Origin: Bilabrum cf. latius
Lineage: Eukaryota
Assembly (NCBI GenBank): GCA_965178125.1
Contig: OZ237749.1
Location: 868,001-932,000 of the forward strand
Length of the DNA stretch: 64,000 bases
Direction of reading: 5' to 3'
Shown: positions 47,315 through 58,079 of the stretch, one piece after another
Numbering within the stretch: the stretch's first letter is position 1
Layout: each line of letters begins with the position of its first letter
The notes under the pieces: model-generated
Seen by the model: only the letters and a program-made list of their open reading frames with translations
What the model was told of the DNA's origin: nothing
Databases searched by the model: none
Made by a program: the position numbers and the translations under genes

Positions 47315-50237
47315 TGCCACCGCTCGCGTCAGGTGATACTCCGATCGCAAACGCATCGGGCCCCAGAGCACCCTCCGCGGCTGCTGCTCCCAGCAAGCTT
47401 CCCAACGCCGCCCCACCTGACATACTTCCGTACCCACGACCCTCCTCCCCCTCCCCCTCCTCACCCACGCCCTCACCCCACCCCGGCACCTGCCCCGCCT
47501 CGTCCAGCTCGCGCGCCTCCTCGTAAGCCGGATCAGCGCCCTCCACGTCGCCTTCCAACGCGGTCACGATCCGCCCCTGCAGCCAGCCCTGCGCCACCTG
47601 CAGCACCCCCGGCCTCGCCAGCCCCCTTCTCCTGCCCCCACTGTGTTTGGCATATGCGGCTGACCTGCTTCCAAGGCCCCCCGAACTGCCCTTGCCCTTG
47701 CCCCTGCCCCTGCCCTTGCCCTTGCTTCCTGAGGAGTGCATACCCCCAGCCAAGGCCAAGTCCTCGCCAGGCCCGTACCTTCTTGCCCCCCAATACGCAC
47801 CCCCGTGTTCCCTGGCACCCACTTCTTGCTGCGTTGCCCTCCTGCCGGCACCCAGCGACTGCCCCTCACTCGTCTCCTGTCCCAGCGCGCTGCCGATCGC
47901 CTCCCACGGCGCCCCGCTCGAGGGTGCCGTGGCCATGCGCTGCTAGGCAGACACGTCCGCGGTGCACCCTGCGCGCGCGAGGTACTGCGCCAGCGCGCTG
48001 CCCACCGGAAGTCCGTGCGCCGCTCCCGCGGGAATGAGGCGACTGCGCCTCTCCTTGCCTCCTGTCTGCTGGTCGCCTTCGGGTCGCGCCCGCTCGTCTG
48101 CCTGATGGGGCTGCTGGCCGGGGATGCGGCGCTGCTCCCGCTACTGGGCCAACTGTCGGGAAACTGGTCCGGCATGCAGCGGGGCAAGAGGTGGGGGTGG
48201 CAGCGGCACCACCGAGCGAAGGTTCGTTTCGCTGAAACGAGGGTTCTCGAGGGGTCGCGGGGCTCGGTTGGGGTCCCCCGTCATGGGGACGACCCATGCC
48301 ACCGCGGGGGCGTCGGGGGCAGCCTACGCACCTGCAGCCGCCGCCGCTCTCCCGCGGTTGAGATTACGATGCGCTGCAGTCGCCTGGTGTGCACCTGCGG
48401 CGCGCGCCTGCTGCTGCCCCAACGAACTTGCCGCCCCCTGGTCCAGGTCCACGGCCCGCCCCAACGCACTCGCCAGTCGGACTCCAGCGATGGCCCGCCT
48501 CTCCTCCGCCTCCTGCTGCCTCTGTCGCTGCTCCCTCCTGCGCCTGCGCACCTCTGGGCCCACCTTGGACCTGACGTGCTGCAGGTATCTGGGCCCGCGC
48601 CCCTTCAGCACCGCCTTGTCCTCGAAGCTGATGCCCCGGCCTGAACCGTCCTCCTCCTCCAACCCCTCGTCGTCCTCGTCCTCGTCACCGCCTGCTGCTT
48701 TGCGAGACACTGCCTGCCGAGCCGAGGCATCGGCAGCTCGGGCCCTCACCGCCGCATTGGCCCCTCTCCTCTGCACCTCTGTGGCGCGGGCCCTCCTCGC
48801 GTGCACCAGGAGCTCACCGCCCTCCTCCAGCCGGGCCTGCGTGGCCTGCCGCTGCTGCCCCGCCGCCCTCACGTGCCGCTCGAGTGCCTCACCCCAGAGC
48901 TGTGACTCCGGGTCCATGCGGTTCCGCACGCGGCGCCGCGCCCTGCGGACGCCCCTCGACTCGGCATTGTTGTGGGGCTGAGGAGCGGCACCTGTCCCGT
49001 GCACTGACACGAACGAGCCGTCGTGCGTTCCTTTCTCCTCCTATGTCTCCTCCTCCTATTGATCGGCGCTGTCCTCAGGCCGGGAGGCCCCATTTCCCCC
49101 ATCATCATCTACTTTTTTGGCCACGTGCTGGCGAGCACCCTTCCTGGATCCGGTGTGCGCGCACTCGTCACCGGACAGAGTCGCATCAAGTCGAGCAAGC
49201 GCCTGTCTGTCCTCCTCCTCGGTCCACGCCCCCTGCTGACTCCCTTCGTCCCTCACCACCGCACCCCGACTGCCTCCCGCACCGCCCGCACCCGCCTCAG
49301 ATCGCCCTGCTTGTCGCTGGCTCTGGCGCTGGCCATATCCAGAGGAGGGCACCCGCAGGTACCGGGCTGTGACGAGGTCGTCGACCCACGGGCTGTCCAC
49401 TCCATCAGGATCGTGGCGCTGCTGCTGCTGCTGCTGCCCCAGCGCGGATGCCCGTGAGCGCGAGTTTCCTTTCGGCATGCGAGCACTCCTTCGCCCGGGG
49501 AACCGTCTCGTGCGCAGAGCAACCCTGTGTCGCCGAGGATCCAGTCCTTCGGATACTTGCCTGGCTCCTCTCCGGCTCATCTCCTGCTCAGCCTCCGTGT
49601 CGCTTAAGGCGCCGCCTGCTGCACGAGCATGGCGGCGTGTAGAGGACGCCCCGTGCACCTCCACCAGAGCTGTGTCGTCCGCAGAGAAATGAACCATTCG
49701 GGAAGCAAATACTTGCTCCATGGTTCCGTTCTTATCAACGAATGGAAACTGTTCCATGGCGTGCGGTAGTCCCATGTACGGTCGCGGCCTCGGATGGCCA
49801 AGGCGCCGGTGGCTTGCACGTTTTACTCGCGGGGCGACACCGACAGCATTTTGCGTATGAACACCGGTTTCACCGAAATTTTGGTTTTCTAACGGCGGGC
49901 TGGATTTCGTGTTCGCATTGTTGATGACCACGGCATCGGCGGCTTCAACTAGCGTTCGTTTCATGCTAGCGATGCTCTCTTGCAACTATTTGCCGTGTGA
50001 AACAGTAACTCGGCCTTGAGCTGCCTCCTAAGCTAGCTTGTGAACGCTTTCGAGCGAAACAGCAGCAAGTTCAGCTGGCGATTCCTGAGCGTTCAATGCG
50101 ACGAGAATTCCGAGCACGCTGGCCGCCTTCACAGCGGCATTCCAGTCTTCCTCAGGCATTCCATGAAGATATTCTCGAACGTATCTATTTTTGAGTAATG
50201 ATGAATACATAAAGTTAGGAGATGGTCTCTTAGGCAT
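46413..50237 (-). CDS. Hypothetical low-complexity protein, ~1,270 aa
   Basis: Fragments 50028..50237, 49056..49985, 48324..49010, 46611..47936 are in one frame split by TAG; ends at TGA 46413-46415. No domain recognised. Confidence 0.6.
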
Positions 50238-50457
50238 TTTCAGAGGCCCACAAGATGGCTGCTAAATTTGAATCGATGCTTGCTGTTGCTGTTCGAACCG
50301 CTCCGAACGATTCTGGTTTTCCTGGTAGTATGCAAACAACACGTTACATACCTGCAAACGGATACGGGGACAGACAAACAGTTAAAGTTCCAGCCAAAGG
50401 TAGACTTTGCAGGTAATTTTATCGCAATTTTAAGGATTAATAGCTTGTCGATATACC

Positions 50458-51855
50458 ATGGCATCAGCCTCTTCCTTTGAAGACGCGAAAGCATACTTGC
50501 AAACGAAGGACGGCGAGGGGAGCGTGTATGATCACCTTTCCGAAGTTGTTCTCAAGCTGATTGAGGAACGACCAGGGGATGCGCTGAAATAGCTCGAACA
50601 TATTTCGTCTGTTGTCAAAGCGAGCACTGTAAAATCTGATTCCGCCTCCTCCGGCGCCGGGAAGTCTGATGATCCCGACGCGGTTGCGGCTCGCGCCGCT
50701 GCGGTAGCCAGGCTGGACGAGGCGCTTGCTGTGCTTAAGGTACCAGGTGAGGATGATGAGCCGGGGGAGTTGGGCGAGGGCCTGCAGGATTTGACAGATG
50801 CGGCAAACTACTTGGAATGGGCCGGCGTGTCCCTCGGCCGGGAGGAGATGTTTCGGCTGCACCTGAGCCTCAAGTCTCTGTCGGCAACGACGAGTGCGCG
50901 GGACCTCCGATTCTTTGGCAAGCTGCAGGGCATGGATGGCGACTACATCGTGGCGGAGGGCAAGATCGACGCCCCGGACGAGGAGGAAGAGGGCGACAAG
51001 GATGCCCTGGGCAACGTGATCGAGCGCACTGGCGAGGCCGGTGCCAACCTCTGCACCTACTGGGTCTGCCCGCACGTGGGCGGCAAGTGGACCCAGCTCC
51101 CCCGCGTGACTCCGCACCAGATCATCGTCTCGAGGCAGCTGAGGAGGTACCTCAGGGGCGACCTGGAGGCCGAGGTGGGCGGACACCCGCCCTTCCCCGG
51201 CAACGAGGCGGCCTACCTGCGAGCCGTCATCGCGCGGATCGCGGCCGACACGGCGGTGGCTCCCGCGGGCCACTTCCGCCGCGTGGAGGACGACGAGTCC
51301 CGAGACATCGAGGTGGTCCCGGATGACGAGTACGCGGCGGAGGACATTGCCAGTGCCGATGGGTGGGTGCACACCGCCCTGCAGTTCGGTGCCAAGAGCG
51401 GACGGACGGCGCCCAACCCCAAGGAGGACGAGGAAGAGGAGGGCGGTGACGGGGAGGAGGAAGAAGAGGAGCCCGCAGAGCCCCTCAAGGCCATCGCGGA
51501 AGACGCGGGCGAGGGCGAGGAGAACCCGCCCTGGCAGGTGAGGGCTGTGCCCTCCGCCGGCATCCCTGACCCGGAGCCCGGGCTGGTGGTGGTCAAGTCG
51601 ACGAAGTGGCCAGGAGCCGTTGCGGTTGGGTTTGGCAGGCGATTTGCGTGCGCGTACGTCGGATACGGGATCGAGGCAGCCAAGGCGCCCTACCAGCCTG
51701 CGCTCCCGGCTCCCGTGCCGGCCGAGTTCACCGTGGCGGCTTTCAACCCAGCGGCCGAGGAGGCTGTCTTTGCAGAGCAACCAGACGTCCTGGAGGACCC
51801 CAACGCGGGCAAGCCAGCGGAAGGCGAGGAGGGCGAGGAGGAGGACGACGAGTGA
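50458..51855 (+). CDS. RSPH4/6: Flagellar radial spoke head protein RSP4/6 family
   Basis: N-terminal AKAYL..VYDHLSEVVLKLIEERP..[TAG]LEHISSVVK; LRFFGKLQG..DYIVAE; GEAGAN..YWV; WTQLPRVTPHQI..SRQ; PPFPGNEAAYLRAVIARI; VKSTKWPGA; YVGYG. Ends at TGA. Confidence 0.92.
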
Positions 51856-52052
51856 TTGATTGAGTGTTTGATGAAGTGATCGCCGGCGGTGGATTGCCTC
51901 GGCTTGGAGCAAAGCTGCGCGTGCCACTGAGCTGAGATATCGAGTGCGGGAGTTCCAATGCAGCTTATCGTGTAATTCACTACATAAAATTCAATAACAC
52001 AGCCCCCAAACGCGGGTTGCTATACCACGCCCTCATCCCAAGCCTGTCTACG

Positions 52053-52171
52053 GCCATTTGGCGAAACGTCGTCGGCTTGCAGGTGTGCGGCTCAATGCGC
52101 ACGGAGTTTCCAGCCATTTGGGGAAACGTCATCGGCTTGCAGGTGTGCGGCTCAATGCGCACGGGGTTTGC
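52053..52171. repeat. Two-copy 60-bp tandem repeat between the convergent RSP4/6 and sulfatase 3' ends
   Basis: gccatttgg.gaaacgtc.tcggcttgcaggtgtgcggctcaatgcgcacgg.gttt at 52053 and again at 52113, with few mismatches. Confidence 0.9.
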
Positions 52172-52200
52172 AAGGCCTCAGCGTCCATCAGGATCTCAAG

Positions 52201-54264
52201 TCAGTCGTACTCGAGATCCACTTTGGATGCCTCGGACAGCTCCGCGGCCGACATGCTCCCAGGGCGCGGGCAGCTGCCCGTGTAGCAGTGGTCCACGCAA
52301 AGCCGTCCCGAGGGCCAGAAGGAGCTCTCCTCGTGCTGCGAGTCCATGAACTCGCCCATGCTCTTCAGCACGGGCGCATACTGGGGCTGCCCCGCGAGGT
52401 TGGTCTCCTCCCCGAGGTCCGCCGTGGTGTTGTACAGCTCCCAGGACACGTCGCTGTCGGGAGTGGGAGACGTGTAGTTCTTGTTCATGCGGATGCCGTG
52501 CATGCCGTCGGTGGAGAACACAGACTGCGCCCAGCCCGCGCCGTACCCGAAATCGTTGCCCTGATGGCAGAACTCCCAGTAGATCTGGCGGTCGGCCGCC
52601 TCCACCGGCAGCTGCTCGGAGACAGCCGATGGTGACCCGGACCGGAGGGCGTTCGTGCTGCTCGAGTCCTCGTGCTGGTCGCCACTGCCAGGGTACAGTG
52701 CCTGCTTGAAGGACACCCCGTCGTGCTTGGGGAGCGAGGCAGGCTGGATGCCGGCCAGGTCAGCCATGGTGACAAGCAGGTCGGGATAGTATGCCAGCCA
52801 GTTCGTGCGCTGTCCTGCCATCGGCGAACCGGGTGCGCGGACGATGAAGGGGCTGCGGACTCCTCCGAGGTACACGCTGCGCTTGTAGCCTCTGAGCTTG
52901 CACGCGGAGTTGAAAGAAGGCGTGACGGGTGCCTCTGGGCCGTTGTCGCTCGCTGCAGTTGAAAAGGGCGTGGTCAGGAAGGGAAGGGCATAGATCTCGT
53001 GACGTGAGACAACCATTGGGAGAGCAAATGAGCGACGCTGCAACGGTGCGGTATGCAGCATGTAGACAGATGAAGCGTGCATCCGAGCCGTGACGGTCGC
53101 TGCCCGACCAAACAACACTGCCCGGAATCATCTGCATCATCATAGAGCTAGATGCTAGACGCGGTTCCTCCTTCAGGCTTTGCTCACTCATGATGACCAC
53201 CGTGTTGTCGTCCAGCCCGCTGTCCTTGAGCTGCTGCAACACTGCACCCATGGCCGCGTCCATCTGCGTGACCGCGCTGGCATAGTCCACCTCCTCTTCC
53301 TTCCACTTGCCCTCGTACTGCTTGTACTCTGGCGAGACGAAGGGCACGGCGTAGGGCCCCGCCGGGATGGACTTGGTGGGGTGCTTGCAGTTGCCCTCGT
53401 GGGGGGTCACCACGGACAGCCAGGCGAAGAAGGGCTTGCCGTCCGCGGCCCGCTCCTTGATGTACTCCTTGGTCTGATTCACGAAGAGGTCCTGTGAGTA
53501 GGTGCCGCAGGCGTCCTGGTTGCCCTACACGGCAAAGGTCGAGTTTTGCTGGTACAGCGTCGCAGGGTACCAGTCGTGGCACTGGACCTACGTCTCGTAC
53601 TGCATCAACGAAGGAAAGAGGAGCTGGCTCGCGGTTCATACGCCTCAGCAATCATCGAGCCCGAAGGATGTTTGAAGCGTCGTACAACGGTTTGATGAGG
53701 CGTAGCACCGATGGTGTGCTACCAGAGCAGACTGTCTTTGCGATGCCGGCACCACTAAGCATATGTACATGACACAATACTCACGCCATAGAACTTGTCG
53801 AACTTCTTGGCGGTTGGATACCCCGTTGATGTCTGATTACCAAGCCCCCACTTGCCGAACAGCCCGCTGTGGTACCCTGCCAGTACCTCAGGAATTGAAG
53901 GCTCGCCTGCCTTGAGGGGACAGGTCGATCCATCGTTTTGCCGGAGCGAGACGTGGCCCGAATGCAGCCCAGTGATCAGCGTTGAGCGAGAAGGCGCACA
54001 CACAGGAGACGAATGGCCAAGGTCAAAAATTAGGCTCTCCTTCGCGAACGCATCCAAGTGCGGGGTTTGAATATCAGGGCCGTATGAATCTGGGTTTAAA
54101 CCCAGCTACTTTCCGTAAATGTTCGGTAAGTTGCAAATCCCGAGATCGTCGGCAAGCAATAGCACGAAGTTTGGCTTGTTTGGCAGACCGGAGGAGGCTG
54201 CCTGAGACAGAAAAAAGATGCTAGCCGAATACAGATAGCGAATCAATCGCGCATTGCTTAGCAT
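52201..54264 (-). CDS. Secreted formylglycine-dependent (S1) sulfatase
   Basis: Signal peptide; KPNFVLLLADDLG, TPHLD, CAPSRSTLITG (CxPxR), FGKWGLG, SDNGP, LRGYKRSVYLGGVRSPFIV, WELYN...EETNLA. Introns 53600..53784 and 52953..53187; internal TAGs; ends at TGA. Confidence 0.92.
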
Positions 54265-54375
54265 ACTTGATTGTTCAGGTGTTTCTTCACTTGCGTCCCC
54301 AAGCTTGTGTAGTAGTCACACTATCGAGACTTGTGCTGCTGGCTGGGGCGGGAGCCCCGCAGCAGGCCATGCCGA

Positions 54376-55049
54376 TCAGAGTTCCCCTTCGGAGCTCGAC
54401 ACGTAGTACACGCACTCCTGCTCCATAGCCTCCACCACCTTCACCTGGACGCTCTTGCCCGCCTCGAACCCCTCCACGATCTGCCGGTGGTGCTCGGCCA
54501 TGGGCCCCGCCTCGCCGTCCAGCTCAAGGCCCTCCTTCGTCTCTCCCGCCTCGTTGATCAGCGAGCACGTCATCACGCCATCGTCTGCCTCCTCCTCCAC
54601 CATCAGCACGGTCCAGTGCGAAGTGGTCACGACCGGCTGCATGATGCAGTGGGTGGTCTGGCAGGTGCCCATCGCGGTTTCACCCGAGAAGATGCACTTG
54701 CCCTGCAGCACGGCCTTGGCATGGCCGTGCTTGGATGTCACAACACTGGTGACACTCGATATCTGCGATATGCGAAGCGTTTGCAAGATGGAATGGCCGC
54801 ATGTGCTCGGTGGTGGGATGGAGATTCACGATTCACGCTGGTCAGGACTGGGGCCGGGAACGGCTTGGCGGCAGTGGCAACTGCTTCGCGTGGGGCCGTT
54901 CTGGACAGCGCGAGAAGGCCCAAGCATCCCCGACTACGCAGCATTGTATATCTCACCTTGCATGGCTTGTCTTTGAGCATCACATAGTCTCCCTTCTTGA
55001 GAGCCCCGGCTCGGACAGGCACTTGCAACTCGGCAAGACTCGCGCACAT
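54376..55049 (-). CDS. eIF5A: Divergent translation factor eIF5A-like protein
   Basis: PVRAGALKKGDYVMLKDKPCK|ISSV..SKHGHAK..IFSG. Intron 54763..54956; ends at TGA. Confidence 0.85.
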
Positions 55050-55492
55050 GCTTGCGGGAGGGCTCGCCCGCGATCGGTTGATTTTGTATTCTTCGTAGGC
55101 TGCGCCTCTTGTTCGGTTGAGCGTGTGGCTTCGAGCGGCTCTTGTGCTCGATTGCTTGCGTGCTATTACTCGATAGCGAAGGATGAAGTGTGGGGAGCGG
55201 CCACTGCACCGGAGCAGATTGGCTCCGATCCTCCCAAACCGGAACCGCCCTCCCGTTCCGATGGCCGTTCCGAGCAGCTGGATGCGTCCAGACAACTCGC
55301 GATGGGAGCGATACAATCGACCACTAGTGCAATGTTAATAGAAGCAGCATGCAAATCAAGCAACACAAGTCCGATTGAGTCAGCTCCAGACCGATTCCGA
55401 TCAAGAGATGTGGATGCCTCCCCCAACCACCGGCCTGGCCTACCTGCTGCGCGGGGCTGCGCGTGCATGGAGACACCGTGCGGGTCGATCGA

Positions 55493-57979
55493 TCAATCCA
55501 GCGATGTGGGCATTTCCCCGATGCGAAGGTTCGTCTGGCCAAAGGGAACCAGCCTGATGGGAGTCGGAGGCGCGCAGTCACTCGAGAGCTGGCCCCCCTG
55601 GCCGCCCACAGCAGCGAGGGACCCTCCCGCCGTCAGGTTACCAGTCGGCCCCTGCCCGCCGCACACGGGACTCGGCGGGGGTGCGGCCGCCGAGTTGAGC
55701 GCCGTCACCCAGTCGGGCAGCAGCCTGCCTTGCGCCTCGATGTACATGGTGTGGTTGCTGTTGCTGTACGGCAGGGGGCCTGGGTGGGGCGCCGTCCTCA
55801 CGAACCGAAGGGCAGCCCCAGGGTCCGTGTCGTTGGGCAGCACCAAGGCCAGGTTCCAGGGGGTGGTGGGATGCACCGCGTAATCGTAGGACTGCATGTA
55901 GTAGTGGTGCAGCGCCTCGTAGTGCTGCCCGATCGACAGGGCGTACACGATGGGCCCTCGGGTCACTGTGGCCGCCTCTTGGAAGGATCGCTCCACTTTG
56001 ACCACCGGGTTCGTGCGGAGGGTCACGCTCCACGACTGCTCCCCCGAGGGAACAACGACAGGTCCGCGTAGGAGACCCTTTTCACCGTCGTGCGACGAGT
56101 GCTGCGGCCCGCCGCCGCTGGGCTTCCACAGGGGCACGTCAGCCAGCGTGCCTGGTTGCACGGGGGTGCCGCCTCCTCTGGCGCTGCTGCTGCTGGTGCT
56201 GGCGTCAGAGACATCGATCGTGGGACTCTCGGCCCAGCCGGGTACGCGCATGTGGAGGACTAGCGGCACCCCGGCGCCCTGCAGCACCTGCAGCGCACCA
56301 GCGGACGCCGTGACGGTCAGCTGCACGTCGTCGCTGAACGGATAGGAGGAGGTGATGTTCACCGTGACCAGGTTAGCCGCGAGATCCACGCCCGCGAGAC
56401 GGAGGGCGGTGGCAGTAGCGGGCAGCCCCTTGGAGCGCCGGACCATCGCTTGCGCCGGGAAGGTGAAGGCCTGCGGGGAGTACCCTGCGAGCGTGATGCC
56501 GCCGTCCAGAGCCAGGAGGGCCTGGAACAGCATGGCCTTGGGCTGGCCCTGGATCCCGTTGGCCGTGCAGCAGCCATAGTTGGGCGCGAGGCCGTACAGC
56601 TCCGAGTCGGGCCCGTCGGTGACCCAGACGTGCGGATCCGACACGACAGCCTGCATCTCGTTGACTGCTTCCAGGTACGGGTGCGCCCACCTGTCCTCGG
56701 TCCACTCGCCGGGATACGCGTTGTATCCAGCGCGCTCGGTCATGTCGAGGAGGTGCAACGCCTCTGCGCCCTGGATGGAGAAGATCGTGTTGAGGGAGAA
56801 CATGGTCTCCACCACGGTGCACAGCTCCGTCCCCCTCGACGGCATGAGACCAGCGAGGTGCTCGTCGGCGGTGAAGGTGCCAAGCACCGTGCCGTGGTAG
56901 CGCCAGACCCGGTCGATGCTTGCGAGAGAGACGTTGCGAAGGGTCTCGTTGTGGGACTGCCTCCACCACACGCTGGCTTGCTTGAGTGCCTGGGCGTTGT
57001 TCACTCCGTGCGTGAAGAGGTTCGGGTTCTTGTCCACGGATTTCTGGGGGAAGCTCGGGCCCAGGAACCAGTCGCTCCAATCGAAGCCCTGCTGCTGAGC
57101 CAGCTCTCCCGCGTCCCACAGCAGCTGCTCCTGTTCCCCGGGATAGTTCTCCAGCAGCCAGTGCGTGGTCAGCACGAAGTCCATCCAGCGGGCGCCCGAC
57201 CAGCTAGAGCCGAGCGGAGTCTGCAGCATGCGGGTGTGGGCGGCTCGCACGTGCGCGATGCACGCATCTAGCACGCGCGCAGCGGCGCTCTCGTTGTATT
57301 CCGCATACGCTTGGATCGCAAGCATGAGCGGGAATCTTGCCCAGTAGGCATTGCCGCCGAGTATCTCGTCGTCCGGGCCGAGCCATCCTGCAGTCCCGTT
57401 CGCGTGCGACACGATGTACTCGATGTATGTCCGGCTGGCGTTCAGCATGCGGGGGTCCTAGAGCAGTCCAGATCCCGGCACGATTCCGTTGAGCCAGTAG
57501 GGGGTTCTCTCGTGAAGTCCTCCGTCCGCGCCGCCACCAACCCAAACCGAAGTTGCGACGTCAGCCCAAAAGTCCTGCAGATGTCCCTCGAGACCATCCA
57601 CGAACACTTGCATTTCATCCCTAACCCAGCCGTGAGGAGAAGTGAATGCCACAGAGATAGGTTCGTGAGCCAGCGGGGCAATGGAATGCTCTCTCGTCCC
57701 AGAAGTTCTGCATGCATTGAGGGTTTGCGGCATGAGCTCAGCCTTGAGCCAGCAGTCAACGGTACCCTCGTTTAGACCGCATGTATTCACTGCCCATGCC
57801 ACGCATTTTTGCTCTGCTTGGCACTTGCTGTAGCAGTCGGTTGCCGACTCGGCTTGCAACGGCATGCCCGGAAGATCGCCGTACGCCCGGTCTGTCCCTG
57901 GATTTCCTTGATCCCAGGCCCCGAGGGCGGGCACAACAGAGAGTGCCGCGACATGTAACGCGACAGAGACTGTGTGCAT
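55493..57979 (-). CDS. Secreted GH127 (DUF1680, beta-L-arabinofuranosidase-like) glycoside hydrolase with N-terminal PAN/apple-like module
   Basis: Signal peptide; CYSKC..CVAWA..CWLK (PAN); ERTPYWLNG, HGVNNAQALK, GTFTADEHL, TELCTVVE, NYGCCTAN, YPF, RGPIVYAL, LVPFGQTNLRI. Single TAG at 57458; ends at TGA. Confidence 0.85.
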
Positions 57980-58079
57980 GGCTGCAGTGACTCGAAAAGA
58001 TATGACAAGCAAGCAGAACGCTCTGCCGGAGCCAGTCCGGAATAACAAACTTCGACATGATTAAGCAGCAGATCCTAGA

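Noticed and set aside
50464-51927. 487-aa minus-strand ORF, and similar shadows at 16759..18018, 37791..38918 and 59509..60591
   Set aside because: Each is antisense to a gene with recognisable motifs and has no protein features of its own.
52053-52171. CRISPR-like array
   Set aside because: Only two adjacent copies, no spacers, no cas genes, and a eukaryotic context.
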